Assembly: GCA_020833005.1 (NCBI GenBank)
Contig: JAJHRD010000003.1
Coordinates: 63,567 to 127,566, forward strand
Reading direction: 5' to 3'
Length of the DNA: 64,000 nucleotides
Source of the DNA: Thermoproteota archaeon
GTDB lineage: Archaea > Thermoproteota > Methanomethylicia > Culexarchaeales > Culexarchaeaceae
Below, one piece after another: positions 29,828 through 39,472 of this stretch. The position numbers were made by a program, and so were the translations under genes. Under the pieces are notes generated by a model that was not told the DNA's origin, ran no database searches, and worked only from the letters and a program-made list of their open reading frames with translations. Positions within the stretch are counted from its first letter, which is position 1, and every line of letters starts with the position of its first letter.

Positions 29828-31612
29828 ATGCAAATGATAGAGGATTTCCAAGTGAAAGCAGCTAGATATATAATGGAATTGGGGGATTGGATAGAGAAGC
29901 TGGAGCTGTTAATGCTAGTTGATAATTTAAAGGAAAATGTAAAGATGTATGTTGATAGGTTATTAAGCCTTCAAAATCTAGATGGAGGATTCCCCCACAA
30001 TTGGGTAAGGGGGTTCCCATCAAGTATAATTGAAACAGCCAATGCAATAACCATAACCTCAAAAATTGGATTAAATAGTGATGAGAGGATTAGGAGAGCC
30101 ATAAAATTCCTAATTGAAAAGCAACTTGATAATGGATCATGGGTTGAGGAAAACTTAGAATGTGAAAATGGCTCCAACGAAATAATAGTTTCAGCAGAAG
30201 CCCTAAGAGCTCTTGCCACAGCGGGAATTAAAGGGGAACCAGTTAATAAGGGGGTAAAGTATTTATTGGAATGCCAGAGGGATGATGGTTTATGGCCAAA
30301 ATCAAAAGTGGATCCAAACCCAAACTTAGAGGCAACTGGAAAGGTGATAATGGCTCTACATGAAGCAAAAGGCAAAACAGCAACAAAAGCCATGAAAAGT
30401 GGTTTTGAAGGGTTAATGGAAGTATTCGTGGAGAAGTTGACGAAGGAATGGGATGCAGTATCGGAAGATGCACTACCAGTAATTGAAGCCATACTAAGCA
30501 TACAACCAAAAAACACTGAATCAGTAAGGAAAATAATTCAGGCATACGTTAAAAGTGAGAGATGGAATTTCACTGATAGGAGAAGTGAAGATACGGAAAA
30601 GGTTCTAAAAGTACTTAAAATAATGAGTTTAACTGACAGTATAAGCAAAGCTAAAGTTGAAGAGGAATTGAAGAGATTGATGAATTTAAAAATGAAGATG
30701 AAGGAAATTATAGTTAAAGTTGAAGATGAGGCAAGGGAAATTCTACTATCCAGATTCGAAGATGTGGGGATAAGGAGAGATGACGATGAAAAGAAGATAT
30801 TGCTTGGACTATTCATATACTCATTATTGGAGCAATTCTTCTGGGCAGTTGATTACGATCCACAAAGAGAGTTTGTAGGGTTAATAGATAGAATTGGAAG
30901 ATTAGACAATGTTGAGAAATACGTAAACTACGAAGACGTTAAAAAGGCACTGTTTAGGAGTAAAGCTCTAAGCGGCGTTGCAAAGAGGAAGAAGGAGGAA
31001 GCTGCAAAGAGCATATCACTGTACACGAAATTCTTAATTGAAAATGGGGAGTTCGAAAGCTTCGAAGATTATGTAAATAAGTTAACCAAGTTCACTTTAC
31101 TTGAAATGGCACCCACACTCTCCGGAATGACAACGGCTAAGAAGCTTGGACTACTACTGAGAAACTACACGAAGGGAGAGAACAGCGCATACAAATTATT
31201 TGAATCCATGAAGCTCTCATTGGAATGCTTCCCATCGGTGGGATCGAAAATTTCAACCCTATACCCATACTACGTGATATGGGTTTACAATGTATGGAGT
31301 GAAATGAGAGAATATGTTGAACCACCAATAGACTGGAATACAGTAAAACCATACGTAAATCTAGGGTTAAGCAACATGACATTAAAGGATCTAAGGAAGG
31401 ATCCGAAGAAGGCATATCCAGCCATAAACAGATTGGCTGAAGAACTATTCCCAGAAGATAAAGCGAAAATATCAATACTGTGGATTGCTGGAAGGGAGTG
31501 GTGTACAAAACCACACAAATGCTATGGATATATGGGTAGGAAATGCTGGTTCTATGATATATGTGGGAGAGGAACCAAAAATGAGGAAAGAGGAAAAGAA
31601 GATATGGGATAG
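29828..31612 (+). CDS. Fusion protein: N-terminal prenyltransferase/terpene-cyclase-like alpha/alpha-toroid repeats + C-terminal HhH-GPD/endonuclease-III-like domain with 4-Cys cluster
   Basis: Three QxxDGxW repeats (QNLDGGFP, QLDNGSW, QRDDGLWP). C-terminus ...LFPEDKAKISILWIAGREWCTKPHKCYGYMGRKCWFYDICGRG is paralogous to the next gene's C-terminus. Confidence 0.4.
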   Translation: MQMIEDFQVKAARYIMELGDWIEKLELLMLVDNLKENVKMYVDRLLSLQNLDGGFPHNWVRGFPSSIIETANAITITSKIGLNSDERIRRAIKFLIEKQLDNGSWVEENLECENGSNEIIVSAEALRALATAGIKGEPVNKGVKYLLECQRDDGLWPKSKVDPNPNLEATGKVIMALHEAKGKTATKAMKSGFEGLMEVFVEKLTKEWDAVSEDALPVIEAILSIQPKNTESVRKIIQAYVKSERWNFTDRRSEDTEKVLKVLKIMSLTDSISKAKVEEELKRLMNLKMKMKEIIVKVEDEAREILLSRFEDVGIRRDDDEKKILLGLFIYSLLEQFFWAVDYDPQREFVGLIDRIGRLDNVEKYVNYEDVKKALFRSKALSGVAKRKKEEAAKSISLYTKFLIENGEFESFEDYVNKLTKFTLLEMAPTLSGMTTAKKLGLLLRNYTKGENSAYKLFESMKLSLECFPSVGSKISTLYPYYVIWVYNVWSEMREYVEPPIDWNTVKPYVNLGLSNMTLKDLRKDPKKAYPAINRLAEELFPEDKAKISILWIAGREWCTKPHKCYGYMGRKCWFYDICGRGTKNEERGKEDMG

Positions 31613-32531
31613 CTATCTAACGAAATTCTCAGCTAAAATGGAGGGGGGATTACTGAAAAACTTGAAGGAAGAAGTGAATATTAGAAGTGACATTGTTGAA
31701 AAGCATTACATGAAATTAATGGAGACCATAGGGGTAAAGGGGGAGGATATTAGATGCACATTGATGAATACATTTGCATACTCAGTGTTCGATAAATACA
31801 ATTGGAAACTTAGAGATAAAGGGGAGAGTCCATCAAAAGAGTATAGGAGGTTTAAGAAGACAATAACTAGAATTGAAGATTATTTGGATGAAGACCTCAT
31901 ATATTACGCAATAAAAGATGAATGCAATGAGTTAGGTAACTTAAACAGAGCTGAAATAGAGAGGATTATAACATCAATGTCCCAGTTCGCCAACGCCATA
32001 AAGAACATTAAAAGCATTGAGCTAATAAATTTTGCAAATGAGTTAAAGAGTTACATAGCATTCAATACGTCAAAATATATTCCTGAAAAGATATATAGGG
32101 TTAAGTCGCAATATTACGGCTCCCTATTAATGATGAACATAAAGGACAATGCAACGGCAATAGAAACTCTGAAAACGGTAATACTATGCCTACCGATAGG
32201 AGAACAGCAAATTGCCAACATGTACACATACCTCCTCACAGTAATCTTGAACGTATGGAATATTGCGGGTAGATCGAATATATATGCTCCACTAGATCAT
32301 GGAGTTGCAGAAGTACTTCTAAGCTTAGGACTAACAGACAAGAGAATTGAAAACATGGAATATGAATCCAGCGGATATAAAGCCTACAAAATAATATGTG
32401 ATACACTATTCCCCGAAGACCCATCAAAAATGATGGTTGCAAGAGCAGTTGCGGAGAGATGGTGTTATCAAAGAAAGATAAAAATATGCGATGAATGTTG
32501 GCTTAACAAGCTATGCCCAAAAGAGTATTAA
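31581..32531 (+). CDS. HhH-GPD superfamily (endonuclease III/MutY-like) C-terminal domain protein with FCL-type [4Fe-4S] Cys motif; divergent N-terminus
   Basis: VILNVWNIAGRSNIYAPLDHGVAEVLLSLGL aligns with the EndoIII VVLNTAFG...VDTHIFRV region (Lys replaced by Ser, Asp kept). C-terminal CYQRKIKICDECWLNKLC fits Cx7Cx2Cx5C against the EndoIII Cx6Cx2Cx5C. Start chosen at ATG 31581 (SD GGAGAGG); overlaps the upstream gene by 32 nt. Confidence 0.4.
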   Translation: MRKEEKKIWDSYLTKFSAKMEGGLLKNLKEEVNIRSDIVEKHYMKLMETIGVKGEDIRCTLMNTFAYSVFDKYNWKLRDKGESPSKEYRRFKKTITRIEDYLDEDLIYYAIKDECNELGNLNRAEIERIITSMSQFANAIKNIKSIELINFANELKSYIAFNTSKYIPEKIYRVKSQYYGSLLMMNIKDNATAIETLKTVILCLPIGEQQIANMYTYLLTVILNVWNIAGRSNIYAPLDHGVAEVLLSLGLTDKRIENMEYESSGYKAYKIICDTLFPEDPSKMMVARAVAERWCYQRKIKICDECWLNKLCPKEY

Positions 32532-33788
32532 TCACTCACCAAACTTCGCAGCTTTACCAGCATAATTTATGAGTATTGGAAGTAAATCTAAACCCCTTAT
32601 ACGTCCAAGACCACCCTTCATACAAGCCCTCTCACTATAGCTATTTACATCATCATTAACTATATTTGGACCATAAATCAATACTGGAACCGGATCCCCG
32701 GAATGCTCCTTTAATGAAACTGGGGTGCAGTGATCAGCTGTTATGGCTAAATACAATTCATATCCACTTAAACCATCCAATATCCTCCCAACCATCCTAT
32801 CAATCCTCTCAATGACTTCAATCTTCCTATCAATTAAACCATCATGACTAGCAGTATCAGGGGCCTTAACGTGAACAAAGATAAAGTCATAGTTTAACGC
32901 TGATTTAATGGCTGCATCAGCTTTAGCCATGAAATCACTATCCAATCCACCAGTAGCACCCTCAACATTCAAAACATCCAATCCAACAGCTCTTGCAACA
33001 CCCTTAATTAGCGGGATTCCTGCAATACATACACCACGCAACCCATATCTATCAGTGAACTTCTCCACACTTGGCAACGTCCCCGCCCCTCTACATAAAA
33101 TTATGTTTGCAGGCTTCTCACCCCTAGACATTCTAGAGAGATTTGCTGGGTGTCGTGATAAAACTTCAAAGCTCTTCAATGTGAATTCATTTAGGATTTC
33201 AGCAGTCTTCCTAGCTTCAGGGGTGTTTGCCAAGGGTTTCGACATATTTATCTTCACACCCTCCTTCTCAGGGTCTATGTCACTAACATCCCTAGACAAA
33301 CCTGAACCCCTCAATATAAGCACCCCCCTATGCTCTACACCACGCTTAAAAATTATTGATACATCTTTTGCAGACTCCAATTTAATCTTGCTCACAGCTT
33401 CAGCTAATACATCCCCCTCCCTAAGACTCCTACCAGCCCTCCTATCTAAAACATGGAAATCACTGTCAACAGTTGCAAAATTTGCTCTAAATGCCACATC
33501 CCCAGGCATTAAATCTAAACCTAAACCAAGAGCTTCAAAAGCCCCTCTACCAGTATAGTACTTGTATGGATCATAACCTAGAAGTGCAAGGTTTGCAGGT
33601 GCACTCCCCGGGGGGACTCCAACTCCAACAACATCCATAATGCCAGTAACACCGAGCCTCGCCAATTCATCCATTACTGGTTTATTTGCAACCTCCAATG
33701 GGGTTTTGTTTCCAAGTTTTGGAATTAGTCTATCACCCATACCATCAGCAACTATAAGTACAATCTTCTTCTCAACCATAAAATCCAC
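32532..33788 (-). CDS. apgM: 2,3-bisphosphoglycerate-independent phosphoglycerate mutase, archaeal type
   Basis: N-terminus IVLIVADGMGDR...PLEVANKPVMDELA is characteristic of archaeal iPGM. About 418 aa. Confidence 0.8.
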   Translation of the reverse strand: MDFMVEKKIVLIVADGMGDRLIPKLGNKTPLEVANKPVMDELARLGVTGIMDVVGVGVPPGSAPANLALLGYDPYKYYTGRGAFEALGLGLDLMPGDVAFRANFATVDSDFHVLDRRAGRSLREGDVLAEAVSKIKLESAKDVSIIFKRGVEHRGVLILRGSGLSRDVSDIDPEKEGVKINMSKPLANTPEARKTAEILNEFTLKSFEVLSRHPANLSRMSRGEKPANIILCRGAGTLPSVEKFTDRYGLRGVCIAGIPLIKGVARAVGLDVLNVEGATGGLDSDFMAKADAAIKSALNYDFIFVHVKAPDTASHDGLIDRKIEVIERIDRMVGRILDGLSGYELYLAITADHCTPVSLKEHSGDPVPVLIYGPNIVNDDVNSYSERACMKGGLGRIRGLDLLPILINYAGKAAKFGE

Positions 33789-33828
33789 TAAAAAGGTATT
33801 TATGTGGAAAGGATATAACGTTTACCAT

Positions 33829-35145
33829 CTATTTACGCTTAGATAAGAATTCTTTAACTATGCTCTTCAATGAGGGGCCTTCAATCTCATTCAATTCAAA
33901 GCTAACCATGGTGGATGGTTTCTTAATGGTGATAAATCTTCTAAGATCCGTGGGGGTTGCTATTATCACACCATCACAATCAGCATTATTTATGGTGGCT
34001 TCAAGTTCACGTAATTGCTTTTCACCATATCCAAGGGCTGGAACTGAGAGTAGATCATTCTTCTCAACAACCTCCCTAATAGATCCAACTGCACAAGACT
34101 TTGGTGAAACAATTTCAGATGCACCAAACTTCCTTGCAGCCACATATCCAGCTCCAAACTTTAAATCTCCATGCAAGAGTGTAGGTCCATCTTCAATGGT
34201 TAATACACGTTTCCCCCTAATTACACTTGGATCATCAACATAAACTTCAGATGTAGCTTTAACTATAATTGCACGTGGATTAAGCCTCCTAACATTCTCC
34301 TCAACCAATTTAACACTCTTCTCATCAGCCACATTAACCTTATTTATGACTATCACATCAGCCATCCTCGCATTAACTTCACCGGGGAAGTACTTGTCTT
34401 CATGACCAGCTCTAAGTGGATCTGCAACGACGATCAATAGGTCAGGCTTGAAGAATGGGAAATCATTATTTCCACCATCCCAAACGATCACATCAGCCTC
34501 AGATTCAGCTCTCCTCAAAATAGCCTCATAATCAACCCCAGCATAAACCACATAACCCCTACGTAAATGGGGTTCATACTCCTCCTTCTCCTCAACGGTA
34601 CAATTGAACCTCTCCAAATCCTCAATCTTCTCAAATCTCTGAACAACTTGAGCTTTAAGATCACCATAGGGCATTGGATGGCGAACTACAACAAACTTAA
34701 CCCCAAAACCCTTAAGAGCATCGCATACCCGCCTCGAAACAGTACTCTTACCAGCACCAGTTCTAATGGCACAAACAGCTATAACTGGCTTACTGGATTT
34801 CAGCATTACATCCCTTGGACCTAGAAGCCTAAAGGATGCACCACAACTCATGGCTATGGAAGCCAGGTGCATGACATGCTCATGGGATACATCGCTATAT
34901 GAAAAGACAACTTCATCAACATTAAACTTCCTAATTAATTCTGGAAGCTCAGATTCAGGATATATTGGTATGCCATTTGGATATAGGGGTCCTGAAAGCT
35001 CTGGAGGGTAAATCCTACCAGCTATACCAGGAATTTGAGTTGCAGTGAAAGCCACAACTCTAAATTCAGGGTTCCCCCTAAAGAAGACATTGAAATTGTG
35101 GAAGTCTCTGCCGGCAGCACCAAGTATTATTACATTCCTAACCAT
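33829..35145 (-). CDS. P-loop protein of the cyclic 2,3-diphosphoglycerate synthetase-like family (Rossmann-like N-domain + Walker A GAGKST)
   Basis: Walker A IRTGAGKST. The size (438 aa) and position next to phosphoglycerate mutase fit the cDPGS/DUF1611-type family. The family assignment is recalled from memory. Confidence 0.35.
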   Translation of the reverse strand: MVRNVIILGAAGRDFHNFNVFFRGNPEFRVVAFTATQIPGIAGRIYPPELSGPLYPNGIPIYPESELPELIRKFNVDEVVFSYSDVSHEHVMHLASIAMSCGASFRLLGPRDVMLKSSKPVIAVCAIRTGAGKSTVSRRVCDALKGFGVKFVVVRHPMPYGDLKAQVVQRFEKIEDLERFNCTVEEKEEYEPHLRRGYVVYAGVDYEAILRRAESEADVIVWDGGNNDFPFFKPDLLIVVADPLRAGHEDKYFPGEVNARMADVIVINKVNVADEKSVKLVEENVRRLNPRAIIVKATSEVYVDDPSVIRGKRVLTIEDGPTLLHGDLKFGAGYVAARKFGASEIVSPKSCAVGSIREVVEKNDLLSVPALGYGEKQLRELEATINNADCDGVIIATPTDLRRFITIKKPSTMVSFELNEIEGPSLKSIVKEFLSKRK

Positions 35146-35252
35146 AACATCACCAACAATAGTAGATGGATTGAAAACATATATGTTTTAGCTTAGATAT
35201 GCTGTGGAAACATTAATAATGATTTAAAGACTAACTATATTTTCGAAGCACT

Positions 35253-35612
35253 ATGAGTGAAAAGAAGGAGAAAACACCATTTAGAGTGAAAATGTCTGAT
35301 GGAAGCATAGAAACGGTATATGCATACTCAGAAAAACAAGCATTATACTTGGCATCAAAAAGTGGGAAGAAGGCTGTGGGAGTTGTTGGAATACTAATGG
35401 AGCGAAAAGAGGAAGAAGGGAAGGGTAAGGGTACAGTGGAAGATGTGGAAATTATCAGGAAGCTTGAAGAAGCCATAAAGAGTGGTAGATATATTGAAGC
35501 CATCGAATTGAAAACCCAAATCCAAAGGATGATAGCTGAGGAAAAGTTGAATTGGAATAATGAGTTGGAGAAGAAGTACCATCTATTCTGGTCATGGTGC
35601 AATGTGCGATGA
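35253..35612 (+). CDS. Hypothetical small Lys/Glu-rich protein
   Basis: Coding-like composition. The competing antisense ORF 35231..35722 is low-complexity (Y/R-rich) and implausible. Confidence 0.3.
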   Translation: MSEKKEKTPFRVKMSDGSIETVYAYSEKQALYLASKSGKKAVGVVGILMERKEEEGKGKGTVEDVEIIRKLEEAIKSGRYIEAIELKTQIQRMIAEEKLNWNNELEKKYHLFWSWCNVR

Positions 35613-37249
35613 GAAATCTTGCACATACAAATACAAAACTTCCTCCACCACTCTTCATAATACTCATCGTCATTGTACAGATACCTCATATAACGACTGT
35701 AACGGCTGAAGTATCGATTCACAAATTAGAATCGATGGATGTTAGAGGGGGGATTTACACGCTATACACCATTGCCAATAATGGATATATGAATGTAACA
35801 TACAAATCCCTAGAAAAGTATACTGAAACACCATCAATAAATGTGATTATAAACGTAAATGGATTGGAAAAGTGGGCAGTATACAGCCTAACAAATAGGA
35901 AACTCTTGTACGGTGAAATACAAGATTGGAATATATATCCACTATGGATACCGAAATGCATACAATTAAATGATGAAATACCAATATACAACTACGAAAC
36001 AAAATTCAAGTGCATATTTAAGAATGATACCACAATCATACTATCACATGGAAATGAGAAGCTTATCTACGATCCATTCACCGGAGCGCTCATTGAAGGT
36101 GAAGTAAGATTAGATGGCTATGGGCAACTATACTTAAAGCTCAACAAAACAAATATGAAGATTAGGAGGGAATACTTTAGCGACGACTTATACTTTGATT
36201 GGGAGACGCTAACACTTAAACTAATGAAGTTGGAGAAGGAATATGCGAATATACTAAAGGTTTACAGTATAGGTAGGAGCGTGTTGGGTAGAGAGATATG
36301 GTGTTGCGAGATAAAGGCTTCAGAATATGAGGATGGAGTGGTATTAATTGATGGGGGGATGCATGGAAGTGAAGTTATAGGGGTTAAAGTTGCATATTCA
36401 ATTCTAGAGAGAATCCTCTCAGAATATAATGAACTGCAGAGTAGAGGGGTATTGAAGAGGCTAACCCTAATAATAATACCGATGCTAAACCCGGATGGCG
36501 TGGAAATGACGAAATATTCACCACCAACACCAAGCATAAGATTGAAGGATGGTAGATGCAATGCCAATGGAGTTGACTTAAATAGGAATTTCAATTATGA
36601 ATGGAGTGCTGGCGGCTCACCACTATACAATTCAACAGTTTACAGAGGGGAAGTGGCTGAAAGTGAACCTGAAGTTAAAGCTCTAAAAGATTTAATGCAA
36701 AGGAGGAAGATAGTATTCTACCTAAACTTCCATTCTGGAGTGAGACAAATAATAATACCAGCATATCAAGCAAATCCATACCTAAACGTATATGCCAACA
36801 TAACATCAACACTATCAAACATATTCGGATTCGAAATAGTTAGAGGGGGAGTTTATGGGGGCTCAGCAAACTGGTGTTTAATGGCGAGGGGGGAACCAGC
36901 ACCATCAATCATAATAGAATTGTATGGTGGAGGAACGAATGCATTGAATGTAGACTGGTTCCTATTCTACAATCCAGTGGATGAAGTGGAAATACGTAAA
37001 CTCACAATACTGGGCTACCAAGCAACCATACAAATACTATTGAATGCAAAGAGGTGGAGGGATATGATGTTCGAGAAGACTCCGCCACAATTACCATGGG
37101 AATCGATGAAAACAGCATTAACCGTAACGATAATAATAGTATTGGGATTAGCGATATACATTAAGTTGAGGAAATCTCAAGGGAGGATTAAGGATAAGAG
37201 TAGTCCAACAAAACCACCAATAAATGTGGAAGCAAAATTTACAACATGA
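35594..37249 (+). CDS. Secreted/membrane-anchored M14-family zinc carboxypeptidase (signal peptide, C-terminal TM anchor)
   Basis: HGSE (HxxE), NRNF and FHSG motifs in M14 spacing. N-terminal hydrophobic signal and C-terminal TM LTVTIIIVLGLAIYI. Confidence 0.65.
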   Translation: MVQCAMRNLAHTNTKLPPPLFIILIVIVQIPHITTVTAEVSIHKLESMDVRGGIYTLYTIANNGYMNVTYKSLEKYTETPSINVIINVNGLEKWAVYSLTNRKLLYGEIQDWNIYPLWIPKCIQLNDEIPIYNYETKFKCIFKNDTTIILSHGNEKLIYDPFTGALIEGEVRLDGYGQLYLKLNKTNMKIRREYFSDDLYFDWETLTLKLMKLEKEYANILKVYSIGRSVLGREIWCCEIKASEYEDGVVLIDGGMHGSEVIGVKVAYSILERILSEYNELQSRGVLKRLTLIIIPMLNPDGVEMTKYSPPTPSIRLKDGRCNANGVDLNRNFNYEWSAGGSPLYNSTVYRGEVAESEPEVKALKDLMQRRKIVFYLNFHSGVRQIIIPAYQANPYLNVYANITSTLSNIFGFEIVRGGVYGGSANWCLMARGEPAPSIIIELYGGGTNALNVDWFLFYNPVDEVEIRKLTILGYQATIQILLNAKRWRDMMFEKTPPQLPWESMKTALTVTIIIVLGLAIYIKLRKSQGRIKDKSSPTKPPINVEAKFTT

Positions 37250-37992
37250 TTGTTTATGAAGCGAACCCCCTTAAAGAATCTAGCTTCACAACCACAATTA
37301 TGTATAGGATCCTCAGAAAATGAATTGCACTTATCACACCAATATCCAGCTTGAAGTGTTGCTCCTAAAAGGCTATCAATAGTTGAACCTATAAAGCCAG
37401 ACAATACAGCTATACATACAACCTTAACAAATGAGAATCCAGGTTCAATTCTAAGTATTGCAGCTGAAATTCCCATTAGAAGTGAAGATAATATTATCGC
37501 AGCCTCCCCATATGGTGAAATAGCACCAGAAAAACCTGGTTCAACAGTCTTAAAATTCGTTATGAGCCTAGGTTTCCCAGGATAAAGTAAGCCAACCTCG
37601 GTTGCCAATGTATCAGATACAGCTGTAGATATGGATCCAAGGAATGCTGCAAAAAATATTCCACCACCAAACACCCCCTCACCCAATGCAAATAAAGCCG
37701 CTGCACCACCATTACCAATAACATTCCTCCAAGATCTAGCTCCACCCTTAGCCTCAGCAAAACCTAAAGCCCTCTTAAAATCATACTTATACTTTGTAAA
37801 CAAACTTGAAATCAAATAGAAGGATAAGAGGAGGAGGAACCAGCCCAAACCACCAAAAACTATTACAATAAAGCCAATAATGAGGGCTGAAACAACACCG
37901 GAAGGTTCTAGAAATCGGAATTTAAGGGAAATCCATGATAATACGATCAAAATCAGCAATTCCACGAATAGCACATGTGGCTGAAATGTCAA
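37177..37992 (-). CDS. DUF92/TMEM19/VTE6-like integral membrane protein (putative CTP-dependent isoprenoid-phosphate kinase family) with C-terminal Cys4 ribbon
   Basis: Signature SISTAVSDTLATEVG (DUF92 DTxASExG motif). Polytopic. C-terminal CDKC...CGC motif. Confidence 0.55.
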   Translation of the reverse strand: MTFQPHVLFVELLILIVLSWISLKFRFLEPSGVVSALIIGFIVIVFGGLGWFLLLLSFYLISSLFTKYKYDFKRALGFAEAKGGARSWRNVIGNGGAAALFALGEGVFGGGIFFAAFLGSISTAVSDTLATEVGLLYPGKPRLITNFKTVEPGFSGAISPYGEAAIILSSLLMGISAAILRIEPGFSFVKVVCIAVLSGFIGSTIDSLLGATLQAGYWCDKCNSFSEDPIHNCGCEARFFKGVRFINNHVVNFASTFIGGFVGLLLSLILP

Positions 37993-38087
37993 ACCTCCTC
38001 ACTCTTAAACATAATTACATAAGAGGAAATTAAAATAGGTTTCCCAAACATTGGAAGCTTGAAAAACAATTGATTTAAGAATTATTA

Positions 38088-39467
38088 TTGCAAATGATTA
38101 GTTGGTGTATTGTTTTGAGGATTTATAGGGCATTAACGATAGCTGGATCGGATTCAGGTGGTGGAGCTGGAATACAAGCCGATTTGAAAACATTTTCAGC
38201 ATTCCAAGTCTATGGAATGACGGTTATAACTGCATTAACAGCACAGAATACTATGGAGGTTAGAGGGGTATATCCAATACCACCAGAATTTGTTAAAATG
38301 CAAATGGAAGCCGTAATTGAGGATATAGGGGTTGATGCAGCTAAAACTGGAATGCTATATGATGAGGGAATAACAAATGTGGTTTGTGAAGAAGTGATCA
38401 AAAATAGAATACCTTTAATAGTGGATCCAGTCATGATAGCAAAATCCCGTGCAAAACTCTTAAAAGATGAAGCAATTAAAGCATTAAAGGAGAAGCTTAT
38501 ACCCATAGCAAAAGTTGTTACACCAAACATACCTGAAGCAGAAGTCCTAACTGGATACAAGATTGAAGATTACAATACAATGAGGAAAGCTGCAATAGAT
38601 ATACAATCAACAGGGGTTGAAGCAGTTGTAATTAAGGGGGGACATCTAGCTGGAAGTGAAGTTGTGGATATACTATATTATAATGGGGGGTTCCATGAAT
38701 ATAGGAAGGGGAGGATTGAAAGTAGATGTACGCATGGAACTGGATGCGTATTCTCAGCAGCAATGACTGCACTAATAGCCAGAGGATTTGGAATTGTAGA
38801 GGCATTTAAAATTGCAAGCGAATTTATGGGTAAAGCTATAAGTGAGGGGGTAATGGTTGGTAAAGGTCATGGACCAGTAAACCCCATGGCTAAACTTTAC
38901 GAAGATGCCAACAGGTATAATGCGTGGAGAAATGTCATGAAGGTTGTGGAAGCGATCGAGGGGGATGAGAAGATATCTCAACTAATACCTGAAGTTAGGA
39001 TGAATATTGGTGAAGCAATACCAAATGCAAAAAGCTTTGAAGATGTATGCGCAGTTGATGGAAGGATAACAGTAGTGAATGGAAAGCCTAGAGCGGCTGG
39101 ACAAGTTAAATTTGGAGCATCAAGGCACATAGCAAACATAATACTCTCAGCCATGAACTTCAATGAGGAGGTGAGGGCAGCTGCAAACATAAAGTATAGT
39201 GATGAAATCTTAGAAGCATGTATGAAGGCTGGATTTAAGATAGCTGAATTCAGTAGGAGGGAGGAACCTGAGGAAATAAAGAGTGTTGAGGGAGGAACTT
39301 TAAAATGGGGTGTGAAAAGGGCTATAGAAAGTTTAGGTGGAATTCCAGATATAATATATGATCGTGGAGATATTGGTAAGGAGGCTATGATAAGAATTAT
39401 TGGAAGAAGTGCGGAGGAAGTCTTCAATAAAATTATGAAGATAATGGAGGCAAAAAATAAGGGGTAA
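38088..39467 (+). CDS. thiDN: Bifunctional ThiD (HMP/HMP-P kinase) + ThiN (archaeal thiamine-phosphate synthase) protein
   Basis: LTIAGSDSGGGAGIQADLKTF...GMTVITALTAQNT is the ThiD/PdxK ribokinase-like N-domain. The 200-aa C-terminal domain is typical of ThiN fusions. Confidence 0.75.
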   Translation: MQMISWCIVLRIYRALTIAGSDSGGGAGIQADLKTFSAFQVYGMTVITALTAQNTMEVRGVYPIPPEFVKMQMEAVIEDIGVDAAKTGMLYDEGITNVVCEEVIKNRIPLIVDPVMIAKSRAKLLKDEAIKALKEKLIPIAKVVTPNIPEAEVLTGYKIEDYNTMRKAAIDIQSTGVEAVVIKGGHLAGSEVVDILYYNGGFHEYRKGRIESRCTHGTGCVFSAAMTALIARGFGIVEAFKIASEFMGKAISEGVMVGKGHGPVNPMAKLYEDANRYNAWRNVMKVVEAIEGDEKISQLIPEVRMNIGEAIPNAKSFEDVCAVDGRITVVNGKPRAAGQVKFGASRHIANIILSAMNFNEEVRAAANIKYSDEILEACMKAGFKIAEFSRREEPEEIKSVEGGTLKWGVKRAIESLGGIPDIIYDRGDIGKEAMIRIIGRSAEEVFNKIMKIMEAKNKG

Positions 39468-39472
39468 TTTTG

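Noticed and set aside
35231-35722. 163-aa minus-strand ORF rich in Tyr/Arg/Phe
   Set aside because: Low-complexity, with no start context. The plus-strand 119-aa ORF and the M14 gene start explain this region better.
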